Virus record (IMG/VR): IMGVR_UViG_3300005289_000052 | Coordinates: 62,001 to 126,000 of that record | Length of the DNA: 64,000 nt | Direction: 5' to 3' (one strand) | Shown: positions 48,467-57,910 of the stretch, in pieces | Position numbering within the stretch: position 1 is the stretch's first letter | Layout of the letters: the number at the start of each line of letters is the position of its first letter | The notes under the pieces: model-generated | The model's database searches: none | What the model saw: only the letters and a program-made list of their open reading frames with translations | What the model was told of the DNA's origin: nothing | Translations under genes and position numbers: made by a program

Positions 48467-49117
48467 TCATTGTTTGGTCAGCACAGCTTTACGAGCATCT
48501 CGCTCTTTCATTTGGCGGTCGATTTGTGCATGGAAGTGATCTGCCATGAACTTACCTTCCTCGAGACGCATCATCCGATTCCAAATCTCTTGGGCTACAG
48601 TACCCTCGAAATCTTCTTCGATGTTGAAGAAGGAACCGATGGAGTACAGCAGGTGCTTGTACACCTTCACCATCATACCCACTTCTTTACGCAGGATATC
48701 GGCCACCTTGTCAATAACGAAGTGGTCAATGTCTTCGATCATCTTGGCCAGACGACCGGTTGCGTAAACGCCTTCACGAACACAACGCTGGAGACTCCAC
48801 GTGTCATCACGCTCCCAGCATTCTTCTGCACGGATGTTCATCGTGTTGAACATAGACAGGCTAACCAACAACCCATCCAGACAACGACGATAGATAAACG
48901 CTACCGTAGCATCCCAATCACGCGAACGAGCATTGACAGCCTCTTCGGAATTATTGGCAAGATCCAGCAGGTAGATCGTTTCCATCAACTGTGCACTGTA
49001 CTTGACGTGGTGTAAAGTCAAGTGCTCCAACCGACGATGACGACCCAGCTTATAGATGTCATCGTGGAAGTATTGATCGTGTAGTTCTTGGCGGAATTGC
49101 AGACGATTGAGATCCAT
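48467..49117 (-). CDS. Hypothetical all-alpha protein, possible MazG-like nucleotide pyrophosphatase
   Basis: HD..HDDI..L...RL.HL.LH..KY pattern; 2 nt downstream of dcd. Confidence 0.4.
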   Translation of the reverse strand: MDLNRLQFRQELHDQYFHDDIYKLGRHRRLEHLTLHHVKYSAQLMETIYLLDLANNSEEAVNARSRDWDATVAFIYRRCLDGLLVSLSMFNTMNIRAEECWERDDTWSLQRCVREGVYATGRLAKMIEDIDHFVIDKVADILRKEVGMMVKVYKHLLYSIGSFFNIEEDFEGTVAQEIWNRMMRLEEGKFMADHFHAQIDRQMKERDARKAVLTKQ

Positions 49118-49119
49118 CG

Positions 49120-49941
49120 TTACATCCTCGGGACAACAACCCCTGTTTGACCTTGGTACTTGCCCCCACGGTCTTTATACGAGGTTTCACACGCCTCGTC
49201 AGACTCGAGGAACAACATTTGTGCAACGCCTTCGTTGGCGTAGATCTTGGCCGGTAGGTTGGTAGTGTTGGAGAACTCCAGCGTCACGTGCCCTTCCCAC
49301 TCAGGTTCCAACGGGGTCACGTTAACGATGATGCCGCAACGAGCGTAGGTCGACTTACCCAGGCAGATGGTCAAGACGTTCCGTGGAATGCGGAAGTACT
49401 CAACCGTACGGGCCAGTGCAAAGCTGTTCGGTGGGATAATGCAAACGTCGGACTTGATGTCCACGAATGCCTTCTCATCGAAGTTCTTCGGATCGACAGT
49501 TGCCGAGTTGATGTTGGTAAACACCTTGAACTCGTCAGCACAACGCACGTCGTAACCGTAGGAGGAAGTGCCGTAGGAGATCTTGACTTCTTCCATCCAC
49601 AGCTCGCCGTCGCGGGCTACGACACGATAACCTGCTGCTGGTTCGAGGACACCTTCGTGGAACGCATCGCACTCTTGGCGAGACAGCTTACGAGGTCCAC
49701 CACCACGGACCTGACCGTATTCGAACGGCTCGATCATTGGCTTGAACTTGTCGAAGACCTGATCGTTTTCCTGCAAGCGCCATGCCCAGAAGCTGTTCTC
49801 CAGCGAACGCAGTTGATCTGCGGTGTGTGTGATACCTTCCCACGCCAGCTCTTTCATTTCACTGGAGCCCGGTCGGACATACAGCGCATGGGTTGGTGGT
49901 GTGGACATACGACGAATCCACTTGTCCGATTTGATGCTCAT
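49120..49941 (-). CDS. dcd: dCTP deaminase with two N-terminal insertions
   Basis: [55 protein letters not shown]. Confidence 0.95.
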   Translation of the reverse strand: MSIKSDKWIRRMSTPPTHALYVRPGSSEMKELAWEGITHTADQLRSLENSFWAWRLQENDQVFDKFKPMIEPFEYGQVRGGGPRKLSRQECDAFHEGVLEPAAGYRVVARDGELWMEEVKISYGTSSYGYDVRCADEFKVFTNINSATVDPKNFDEKAFVDIKSDVCIIPPNSFALARTVEYFRIPRNVLTICLGKSTYARCGIIVNVTPLEPEWEGHVTLEFSNTTNLPAKIYANEGVAQMLFLESDEACETSYKDRGGKYQGQTGVVVPRM

Positions 49942-50546
49942 TGAAAGAGTTCCTTGACCGCATTTTCGAGGGTGAGGGATGGAGTTACGAAAGCCACGAT
50001 ACCTTCTTTCTTGGCGAAAGTCAGTAGGGTTTCTTTAATTTGTGGCAGGGGTTCTTCCGGGTGGAAGCTCAAGAGCACAACAGACGAATTGTGGTCGTCG
50101 AGGATCTCACCGATCAGATCCGCGTCGTGTTCCAGCTCTTCGAATACACCCTCGGTATTAGCGTGCACTTGTTCGATGTCTTCGAAGGTGATATACACCG
50201 CCGTGGTATCTTTGGTGTCGAGCGCACGTTTATACGCATCGAGCAACAAACCCTGTTGTACAGTTTTCATGACGGTGCTCCGGTGGTTGAGGTAGTCGTA
50301 CGTCTCTTCTTCAATCGGCCACAAGGCAGACTTCGGGAAAGGGTAAGCGCTGCCATCAGGAAGCTTGGTGATGTAGAGACCAGACTTCAAAAGCTGGGTG
50401 ACCAGCAGATCCTGACCAATGAAAGGACGAGCGTCAGGGTCGATGCCGTGATCACCACCGCCACCCATGTTGTACCGCTTACCGATTTCCAACGGGTTGC
50501 CACGAAACAGTCGCTCCTGCTCGCGGCTCATAGATAGCTTAGCCAT
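49938..50546 (-). CDS. Hypothetical protein
   Basis: 202 aa; ATGA overlap with dcd. Confidence 0.65.
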   Translation of the reverse strand: MAKLSMSREQERLFRGNPLEIGKRYNMGGGGDHGIDPDARPFIGQDLLVTQLLKSGLYITKLPDGSAYPFPKSALWPIEEETYDYLNHRSTVMKTVQQGLLLDAYKRALDTKDTTAVYITFEDIEQVHANTEGVFEELEHDADLIGEILDDHNSSVVLLSFHPEEPLPQIKETLLTFAKKEGIVAFVTPSLTLENAVKELFQ

Positions 50547-50931
50547 GTTCTTTATTACCCTCAGTCAGCTTTTCGTAAAGCTCTTTCAGATCAGTGTACA
50601 AGATTTGAGTCTTGTAACCGGTGGCGCGGAACATCTCTTTCACCGTTTCGACCAGTTCTTCAACCGTGGTTTCACTCCCCAAGGAGACGGCACGATAGTA
50701 GACTTGGTGGCGGGAGAAGCTGTGGTGCATGTCGCGAGGATTGATGCCTTCGTGATGACAGGCCGAATCAACACGTTCCTTGAAAGGAATAACGGCGTCT
50801 TCCTTGTTCAGCGTCAGGAAGATTACGCTAGCGAAGTTGGCATCATTGGCAGTCGTTATCGACTGGCGCAAACCGCCAAAGTGGACCACGATCGGGAAGT
50901 CGAAATCTTTTACTGGGGAGGTTGTGAACAT
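50539..50931 (-). CDS. Hypothetical protein
   Basis: 130-aa ORF. Confidence 0.6.
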   Translation of the reverse strand: MFTTSPVKDFDFPIVVHFGGLRQSITTANDANFASVIFLTLNKEDAVIPFKERVDSACHHEGINPRDMHHSFSRHQVYYRAVSLGSETTVEELVETVKEMFRATGYKTQILYTDLKELYEKLTEGNKEHG

Positions 50932-51338
50932 TGAGGCCTCGGTGCGTAACCAATGTTGTCGAACATACCGGCGACATTAAGATCGTCGGTGAAGAAGTAC
51001 ACGTCGTTGTCGGGGAAACGTTCACCCCATTGCTGCATACCAATGAAGGTCATGGTCGGACCGTCATTAACCACACCACCACCATCGAACTCCTGATTGG
51101 TCCAAGCTCGACCAAAGCTGATGTTGTTCTCAGCGGTGAAGGTATCCCAGTCGATACAGTTCTCTTCCCGCACAATCTCGATGGACTTCTCCCAGCGTTC
51201 GTCAAGCGTATTGGAGGTATCCAGACCCGTCACAAACTTACAGCCTCCACCCACAGGTGGATTGTGAATAATGAATTGCATCATCTCCACTACAGTTCCC
51301 TTGTACAGCTTTACGTTTTCAGGCAAGGTCCGTTTCAT
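50910..51338 (-). CDS. Hypothetical protein
   Basis: 142 aa; GGAG RBS. Confidence 0.6.
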   Translation of the reverse strand: MKRTLPENVKLYKGTVVEMMQFIIHNPPVGGGCKFVTGLDTSNTLDERWEKSIEIVREENCIDWDTFTAENNISFGRAWTNQEFDGGGVVNDGPTMTFIGMQQWGERFPDNDVYFFTDDLNVAGMFDNIGYAPRPQCSQPPQ

Positions 51339-51385
51339 TTATAACTCCGGGCATAAAAGGAAGAGGGGACCGGAGTCCCCTCGGG

Positions 51386-51643
51386 TTAACAGCACTTGTG
51401 GGTCAGAGCCACCCAGGCGCCATTGCGTGCAGCTTGAAGCAGGTATAACTGGTAACGCAAGCACTGGGTATGCGTGCCCTTAAAGATTGCCGAGTACTCA
51501 CTCGTCGCACCTTTAGGTCGCACTTGCCAGCGTTTCCAGATCCAGCTCTTCGGACGACGCTCTACCACGTAATCGACTTGCTCATGAGCAGCCCAATACC
51601 GTGGGTCTTCCAAAGGGTTGTCGTAAACATCGGGAGGTTTCAT
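51386..51643 (-). CDS. Hypothetical protein
   Basis: 85 aa; ATGA overlap. Confidence 0.55.
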   Translation of the reverse strand: MKPPDVYDNPLEDPRYWAAHEQVDYVVERRPKSWIWKRWQVRPKGATSEYSAIFKGTHTQCLRYQLYLLQAARNGAWVALTHKCC

Positions 51644-51900
51644 CGACGATAACTCGTGACTGCGCCGTGGGAAGTTTCGCAGACAATGAAGTTCACATCG
51701 AGGTTAGTTTTGAGTTTGTAGACCTTACAGTCATCAACCTCAGCAACCAGCTCGTAGTTGGTCTTGGGGTTCTTCTTTACGACCTCGAGGGCTTCGAGTC
51801 TCTCGTACTTAGCAGAGACCGCAGGAATCACCACCATGATGAACAACATTAACGCGTATAGCCACCACCACGTGCGCAGGTGGAATTTCAGCCGCAGCAT
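51640..51900 (-). CDS. Small membrane-anchored protein
   Basis: Start MLRLKF via TAATG overlap; WWWLYALMLFIMVVIPAVS helix. Confidence 0.6.
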   Translation of the reverse strand: MLRLKFHLRTWWWLYALMLFIMVVIPAVSAKYERLEALEVVKKNPKTNYELVAEVDDCKVYKLKTNLDVNFIVCETSHGAVTSYRR

Positions 51901-52784
51901 TACTGACGAACGGCTTTCAGGTTGCTGTTGATAGCCTTGGCTACAGCGCGTTTGACGTTGCGGCCTTCTTTGGTGTCGAGGTTGGCGTGCCACGAGTTGT
52001 TGTAGACCACTTGAGCCGACATGCAGTAGGTGCTGATGTTGGTCCAGGAGTTGTCCGACGGAATGCCCGAGTCGCCGTTCTTGTCGATCTTGCAGGAAAC
52101 GTACAGAGGGTTCTCGTTGCGATCTTTGGCTTTGCCGAAGGCCGAAGCTTTGATCTCGCCGATGGACAGGGTGTCTTTGAAGTCGTCAGTGATGTCGTTG
52201 GAGATCAGACCTGGACGACCCACGTAGATCATACCGCCCACTTCGATACGCACACCACTTTTCATGGTGAAGCCTTGGTTCACAGCTTCGGCAGCAGCAT
52301 ACCAGTCATCGAACTCGACAGTCTTGACCTTCTTGAAGTCTTCGGACACCGCACCGAAGTTACGCACGGTTACTTCTGCACCGGAACCTGCGACGTAGGC
52401 AACAGCACGGACGAGGTTTTCCTCTTCCTTCATGTCGTCGAAGTTCTTGACGCCAGTCTTACCGTGAATCCAGAAGACCGCTTCGGTATGGGCGTTGGTC
52501 ACCGAGATGTCACGAGGCAGGCCCAGGGAGGTTACAGCGTCAGCCTGCATGATGGCCATGACGCAGTCGCCTTCCTTCATCATCTGGGCGTTCTCGACAG
52601 AACCACCAGTGTTGATGACGTCCAGCGTGGCACCGGTCTTGCGAGCGATCTCGCCGCCGATAGTTTGGCCGAGGGCTTCATACGCACCAGTAGCACCGCC
52701 GGTGCAGAAGGTCAGTTCGGCTGGGGTGGCGAATACGGCGCTGGAAGCGATGGCGAGCAGGGCGCCGATCAGAAAACGTTTCAT
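51900..52784 (-). CDS. TAXI-family TRAP transporter solute-binding protein-like, secreted
   Basis: Signal peptide; CTGGATGAYEALG, NTGGSVEN...G...AIMQADA, HTEAVFWI. Confidence 0.75.
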   Translation of the reverse strand: MKRFLIGALLAIASSAVFATPAELTFCTGGATGAYEALGQTIGGEIARKTGATLDVINTGGSVENAQMMKEGDCVMAIMQADAVTSLGLPRDISVTNAHTEAVFWIHGKTGVKNFDDMKEEENLVRAVAYVAGSGAEVTVRNFGAVSEDFKKVKTVEFDDWYAAAEAVNQGFTMKSGVRIEVGGMIYVGRPGLISNDITDDFKDTLSIGEIKASAFGKAKDRNENPLYVSCKIDKNGDSGIPSDNSWTNISTYCMSAQVVYNNSWHANLDTKEGRNVKRAVAKAINSNLKAVRQ

Positions 52785-53590
52785 GCTTTTACTCCGGTCA
52801 GTTTTTGATTGTTGTCGATCAGGGTGATAGGCATTTCTTTGAGGAACCCATCAGCACGCAACTCTGGTGCGTGGAGGGACTCTTGATGCGCTTGGTCTTT
52901 GTCTTGCGACACAACCTTAACGCCGCTGAACCCGTGCTCCAGGAGAGTACGACGAATCAGCTCGAGGATGCGCGACTTACCGATGTGAGGACGGCTGCCA
53001 CGGATCTCGATTTCCAGTTCAGGCTCTGGCCTGATTGATACGCTAGTTGCTGTGATCACTTCTTCTGTCCTTGGGGGTTTATTGGAGGGTGGGGCGATCA
53101 GGTCAAACGTCACCAAGTTGTTCAGTGCTCGTTCAGGCCACTTAGTCACTTTGGTAAAACCACGCAAACCGAAGTGCAACTCGGCTTCTGGATCACGCAG
53201 CATTTCACGGACAACATCACCATAGGGACCCATCGGTTTGAAGCGACCGATCATGTAGTTTTCATCTTCACCCATTGGGTAGCAGAGAACTCCACAGACG
53301 CGGTCTTCATGGATGGTCATGATGTCTTCGATTGCTTGTTGGGCGGAGAACTCCACCACAGCGCCTTCGATTTTGTTGCCTTGAGCGTCAAGACGGATAC
53401 GACTACGTCCACGCGGACTACCGTACTCAACATACATCTCGCGACCAGAACGCACACGGTCACGAAATGCTTTACGAACCGATTCAGGATCGTATTGCAG
53501 ACCATCGCGGAACGGATTGCCGAAAGAACCCAGCACCACCTCGTAGGTTCCATCAGGTAGGACTTTGATGTCCTTTACTTTGTTGGTCAC
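52781..53590 (-). CDS. Prohead protease (phiKZ gp175 / peptidase S80)-like paralog, probably inactive
   Basis: YEVVLGSF, EYGSP, IHEDRVC, FKPMGPYG, FGLRG, VTFDL. Confidence 0.55.
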   Translation of the reverse strand: MTNKVKDIKVLPDGTYEVVLGSFGNPFRDGLQYDPESVRKAFRDRVRSGREMYVEYGSPRGRSRIRLDAQGNKIEGAVVEFSAQQAIEDIMTIHEDRVCGVLCYPMGEDENYMIGRFKPMGPYGDVVREMLRDPEAELHFGLRGFTKVTKWPERALNNLVTFDLIAPPSNKPPRTEEVITATSVSIRPEPELEIEIRGSRPHIGKSRILELIRRTLLEHGFSGVKVVSQDKDQAHQESLHAPELRADGFLKEMPITLIDNNQKLTGVKA

Positions 53591-53745
53591 AACACACCTC
53601 GGGCAGCAGCCATCTTTTTGTACTTCTCGATCATGGGAAAGAGATTGTTTTTGTGACGCAAACCCAAACGTTCACAACGCTTGACTTTTGCCTCTTCTTT
53701 CTTGATAGCTTTCTGAAGCTTTTCCAATTCGTCATCGCCACCCAT
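53587..53745 (-). CDS. Small basic protein (52 aa, not in ORF track)
   Basis: MGGDDELEKLQKAIKKEEAK...; AAGGAG RBS; GTGA overlap. Confidence 0.6.
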   Translation of the reverse strand: MGGDDELEKLQKAIKKEEAKVKRCERLGLRHKNNLFPMIEKYKKMAAARGVL

Positions 53746-53771
53746 TAGAATCTCCTTGGTATTGCTAGTCT

Positions 53772-53788
53772 ATAATTTACATCTGAGA
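53772..53788 (-). promoter_or_regulatory. Possible early promoter variant
   Basis: Minus strand TCTCAGATG-TAAATTAT at the head of the minus-strand block. Confidence 0.35.
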
Positions 53789-53888
53789 TATTTTTTATTA
53801 CCGCCCTCTAAGCGAGTGTAAGAAATTATCGTATTGTATGTTGGACCCGATAGCGTCCACTCGTTACGTCCCTTCGAAGAGAGCGATC

Positions 53889-54422
53889 ATGACTGACTTA
53901 ACCAAAGCCCCCGATCAGGTCATTATCGACCTTATCAATGCTGACAACACTCCGCTGGCCCTGACCGCCGAACTGGTAACCTTCGGTGTTCCGAACGCTG
54001 CCGCCGGTGAGAACCCAACCAAGAACACTGAACTGACCGTCACTGCTGCCGAAGGTAGTGGTTACTCTGGTTCGGTGGTTGTCACGTACAACCGTGTCAA
54101 CTTGGCGACTATTCCGACCATCGCTGCTGCACCGGCCGAGTTCCCCCTGGGTAACGCGACCACCCTCAAGGATTTGATCCCCGAATTCAATGCCAAGTAC
54201 GGCGTCAATCTGACCGACGACGATTTCGTCGACGCTCCGATCCCAGAATTCACTGGTGGCCTGAACGAAGAACACACCATCCAGCTCGTTGCCAAAGCCG
54301 ACTCGCTGATCTACATCGGCTCCGTCGACATCGTGGTACAGGGTGAAGACATTCCGCTGGGCTCCGTCGTAACCAACACCGCTCTGAACGGTCTGGTTTA
54401 CGAAGCGCCAGTGGCTCCGTAA
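53889..54422 (+). CDS. Virion structural protein, paralog family A (N-domain only)
   Basis: IIDLINADN...P...NT...Y.G.V...YNR..L, ends LNGLVY. Confidence 0.7.
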   Translation: MTDLTKAPDQVIIDLINADNTPLALTAELVTFGVPNAAAGENPTKNTELTVTAAEGSGYSGSVVVTYNRVNLATIPTIAAAPAEFPLGNATTLKDLIPEFNAKYGVNLTDDDFVDAPIPEFTGGLNEEHTIQLVAKADSLIYIGSVDIVVQGEDIPLGSVVTNTALNGLVYEAPVAP

Positions 54423-54439
54423 GAAACCCTGACGCTGAG

Positions 54440-54467
54440 CGGAGGAGGGGCTTCGGCCTCTCCTCCG
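54440..54467 (+). terminator. Hairpin terminator
   Basis: CGGAGGAGGGG-CTTCGG-CCTCTCCTCCG followed by TTT. Confidence 0.7.
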
Positions 54468-54509
54468 TTTCTGCTGTTTTCAAGCACTTCGACTTCCAGG
54501 AGTTACACA

Positions 54510-55307
54510 ATGAACCTCTTACCGGGATCGTCCGAAGCTGCGCTGCTCGAACTCGTCAATCAGGCCAACAGTCTGGCTCAACCCCTCGTGGAAGGGGATT
54601 TGTACTTTGGCAAAGTCAAAGCTTTGTCGGGCGGGCTGGTTGAGATCCCTGCTGTAACGATGTATGACAGCGCGTATGAGGGCTACGTTAAGTTCCGCTA
54701 CCAGCGCCTAAGTCTCAGCAAAGCGTTCGGCAGTATTCGTCCGTCTCTGCGTGATATCGGTTATCCCACTCTCCACCAACTGTTACCCGTCATCAACAAA
54801 CAGCTTGGGGTTAATCTCCAGCCAATAGATGTGGTCGATGTTCAATTCGACTGGTTGGGTAACAACGAACAACTGAACATTCAGATTACAGCAGCAACGG
54901 AATCACTCGGTTACGAAGGCTCGTTCATCATCACCTTCACTCGTGTTCGTCCAATGCTGAACAAGGTAGTGACCGCTACTACTTTGGATGTTCTAGAACA
55001 CCATACAGCGCCGGTAGATGGTAAGTTATCATTACCAATGGCGATGTACTCGTTGGACCTCTCTGGCAATGATGACGCACTGCGCATCTATACCCCGTAT
55101 CGATACTGGTACAACCCAGGCTTATTGAGGACACTGATGGCCGGGTACGGTTTCCCTAACTGGCCGCATCGAATCGGTAGTTTGCAGTGGGGTGCAACCA
55201 AGGATTTCCCGGAGTCCAACCAAGCTTTCACAAACGTCATCGTGGATAAAGCCCCCAACATTGCGGGGTACACTGGTGACGCATACTTCCATTACAACCG
55301 ATCCTAA
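54510..55307 (+). CDS. Virion/tail protein, paralog family A
   Basis: LLELVNQAN, Y.G.V...YQRL.L, C-terminal YFHYN. Confidence 0.7.
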   Translation: MNLLPGSSEAALLELVNQANSLAQPLVEGDLYFGKVKALSGGLVEIPAVTMYDSAYEGYVKFRYQRLSLSKAFGSIRPSLRDIGYPTLHQLLPVINKQLGVNLQPIDVVDVQFDWLGNNEQLNIQITAATESLGYEGSFIITFTRVRPMLNKVVTATTLDVLEHHTAPVDGKLSLPMAMYSLDLSGNDDALRIYTPYRYWYNPGLLRTLMAGYGFPNWPHRIGSLQWGATKDFPESNQAFTNVIVDKAPNIAGYTGDAYFHYNRS

Positions 55308-55320
55308 ATGAGGTGTCGAT

Positions 55321-56154
55321 ATGGCTCTTTATAAGACACCGAAGGCTGCGATCATTGGTGCGATCAAAGCATTAAACGGTGGCGTGACTCTGGTTGAGTC
55401 CGAATACGTCTTCGGTAATCCGGTTACTGTAGAACCTGCCAGTGACGGAACCAACACCACTATCACCATTACTGCCAAAGATTCCGCCAGTACCTTTGAT
55501 GGATCGGTGACTGTTCGCTACACTCGTTTGGCCCTGCCTGACTTGCTTAAGTTGGTCCCATCCACGTTGAGCATTCCGCCCGTCACCACAGTTGCTGGTT
55601 TCGCCCAAGCGTTTAACCAGGTCTACGGTACGGCCTTCGAACCCGCCGACTTGATTGATGGTCCGATCGCTTTACAAGACGGTGCCGGACAAGTCACCCT
55701 GAAAGCACAACCGACCTCTTTAGGTTGGACTGGCGAGGTGGTCTTCAATATCCTGCCGGGACGTGTACAGATTGCAGATGTGATCACTGTCACCACCCTG
55801 CCTGGCTTGAACTTCCCTGACCCGTATGAGGGCAAACCATTTGGTTGGGCCTACAGTTACTGGCGTAGCTTCTCTCCAGTCGAACCTCAGCTCACCAGTA
55901 TCGTGACTGAATCGGTCGATTGGAACACCGTAGCCCAAGCATTGACCACCATGACCAACGATACGTGGGTTGTGTCTGGTCAGAATCGTTTCTCCTTAGG
56001 TGGGGCGACCATGGAGTACAACGGGTTGACCTCAGAAACTGAACAAGCCAACTCGGATTACGAGAGCGTGATGATCATCCGCTTGGGTGCCGACTGCTTG
56101 GGTTATAGTGGTCGTCTTTTCCTTCACTACACTCCAGTCGACACTGACATCTAA
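55321..56154 (+). CDS. Virion/tail protein, paralog family A
   Basis: TFDGSVTVRYTRLAL, SLGWTG, LPGLNFP, LFLHY. Confidence 0.7.
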   Translation: MALYKTPKAAIIGAIKALNGGVTLVESEYVFGNPVTVEPASDGTNTTITITAKDSASTFDGSVTVRYTRLALPDLLKLVPSTLSIPPVTTVAGFAQAFNQVYGTAFEPADLIDGPIALQDGAGQVTLKAQPTSLGWTGEVVFNILPGRVQIADVITVTTLPGLNFPDPYEGKPFGWAYSYWRSFSPVEPQLTSIVTESVDWNTVAQALTTMTNDTWVVSGQNRFSLGGATMEYNGLTSETEQANSDYESVMIIRLGADCLGYSGRLFLHYTPVDTDI

Positions 56155-56164
56155 GAGGTGATCT

Positions 56165-56941
56165 ATGGATTCCAAAGAGAAACTCTTGGATCTGATCAAC
56201 GACCTCAACCAACCACGCAAAGAACTTAATAACATCAACGTTAAGTTCACTGGAATTGTACCTGCTAACGAGACGGGTGAAACCATCTTGACCGTGGCAG
56301 GTGTTCCAGGACGTGGCTATAGCGGTAGTGTTGATTTGACGTACAACCGTTTGAACCTCACTGAGATTCTTGACGGCAAAACCGTACGTAGTCCAGATCC
56401 GTTGACTCCCGATTCTTTCTTGGAGTTGGTCAACAATGCTTACAACCTCTTCCTGACAGCACTTGATGTTGGAGAGATCACCATCCCAGAGTTGGGTGAG
56501 GGTGAATTTGCACAGTTGACTCTTGAGGCTAATGAAGACTCGTTGGGCTTCATTGGTGGGGCAACGCTGCGGTTAGAGTTTGGTCGTTCGTGGTTGGATC
56601 AGGTCATCGGTAACAAGACCCTGAATGAACTGAAACATCCGATCAAGGTCGAGTACAAAAAGTCGTCACGCATGGTAACGTGGAACAAAGATTTCACGTG
56701 TGTGCGGGATGCTATCGCGCCGACTAAAAAGAACGAATATACCGATTGGGCCGCCCTACAGGCTGCATGTGCTGCTTACGGTATTCCGGCTTGGAGTCCT
56801 AATCGGATCGTAGATCAACCAACCTCCGCCGTGCCGGATGCTAACCCTGCGTTTGATCGCGTGGTAATTCAATCCAGCGTACTGAGCGCTAGTCTCGACG
56901 GTCCTATTTACCTCCACTACAACGTCCTCGAAGAGATCTAG
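56165..56941 (+). CDS. Virion/tail protein, paralog family A
   Basis: LLDLINDLN, YSGSVDLTYNRLNL, SLGFIG, IYLHYN. Confidence 0.7.
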   Translation: MDSKEKLLDLINDLNQPRKELNNINVKFTGIVPANETGETILTVAGVPGRGYSGSVDLTYNRLNLTEILDGKTVRSPDPLTPDSFLELVNNAYNLFLTALDVGEITIPELGEGEFAQLTLEANEDSLGFIGGATLRLEFGRSWLDQVIGNKTLNELKHPIKVEYKKSSRMVTWNKDFTCVRDAIAPTKKNEYTDWAALQAACAAYGIPAWSPNRIVDQPTSAVPDANPAFDRVVIQSSVLSASLDGPIYLHYNVLEEI

Positions 56942-56943
56942 TA

Positions 56944-57900
56944 ATGGCCATTTATAAGTTTCCTCCGAAGCAAGAGGTTTACGACCTCATCAACCAGGCC
57001 AACCCTGGTCTGACTAAACCGTTGGCAGCCGCTAACTGCGTTCTTTCCAACCCCACCGTCATTGTTGGTGCGGTGTACCCTGCATCGAACTCTTCGATCG
57101 TAGTGGCCCCAGCTCCAGGTAACAACGATTACATCGGCAAACAAACGCTGAAATACAATCGTCGCGACCTCAGTAAGATGTTCCGAGGAATCACGGTACT
57201 GGTGAAGAAGTTTGCCTCGCGCAACATGCCGACTGCTGGGTATCTCGCATTCACCATTTACGAGTTGCTGCCAGATATCAACCGGTTGTACGGTTTGAAC
57301 TTGACCGAGGATGATGTCAACACCGGTAACATCCTGCGCGGCAGCACTCTGGAAAACGGACAGTACACCACCACTGTAACCGTGACCACCAAAGCAACTT
57401 CGATGGCTTATGTGGGTAGCTTCTCTCTGAAGTGGTTGAACACGCCGCAGAGTCTGGTCGACATGATTACCAGTCTGGATCTGGATGGTCGTAAATACCC
57501 AGGTGGCAACCTGTTCGACGAAACCCACCTGCCGATCCTCACTGGTGAATCTTACCGTCTGGACAGCACGGCAACCATTCAGACAGTGATGGCTGTCCCT
57601 AACCCATTCGCTAAAGGTAACATCAGTTGGTCTGCGGGTTGGATCAATACCTACGCGGCATTGATGAATTTGGTGAACAGTAGTTCAGGCGGTCGGACTA
57701 ACCTCCGTAGTTACGTCGGTGGCGAGAACTACAAAACTAACCCAGGTAGCATTGTTGGCATGCAACACCAAGGGGTGGCTCTTCCTAGCGCTGAGTTCCC
57801 TGAACTGAACAGTCGCTTCTATAACCGCGCGCTGATCATCTTCGTGCCGGAAGACTGCCCATGGGCCTGTGGTCACCTGATTTTCCACTACAACGCCTGA
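56944..57900 (+). CDS. Virion/tail protein, paralog family A
   Basis: VYDLINQAN, YIGKQTLKYNRRDL, LDGRKYP, LIFHYN. Confidence 0.7.
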   Translation: MAIYKFPPKQEVYDLINQANPGLTKPLAAANCVLSNPTVIVGAVYPASNSSIVVAPAPGNNDYIGKQTLKYNRRDLSKMFRGITVLVKKFASRNMPTAGYLAFTIYELLPDINRLYGLNLTEDDVNTGNILRGSTLENGQYTTTVTVTTKATSMAYVGSFSLKWLNTPQSLVDMITSLDLDGRKYPGGNLFDETHLPILTGESYRLDSTATIQTVMAVPNPFAKGNISWSAGWINTYAALMNLVNSSSGGRTNLRSYVGGENYKTNPGSIVGMQHQGVALPSAEFPELNSRFYNRALIIFVPEDCPWACGHLIFHYNA

Positions 57901-57910
57901 GGACTGAGTC

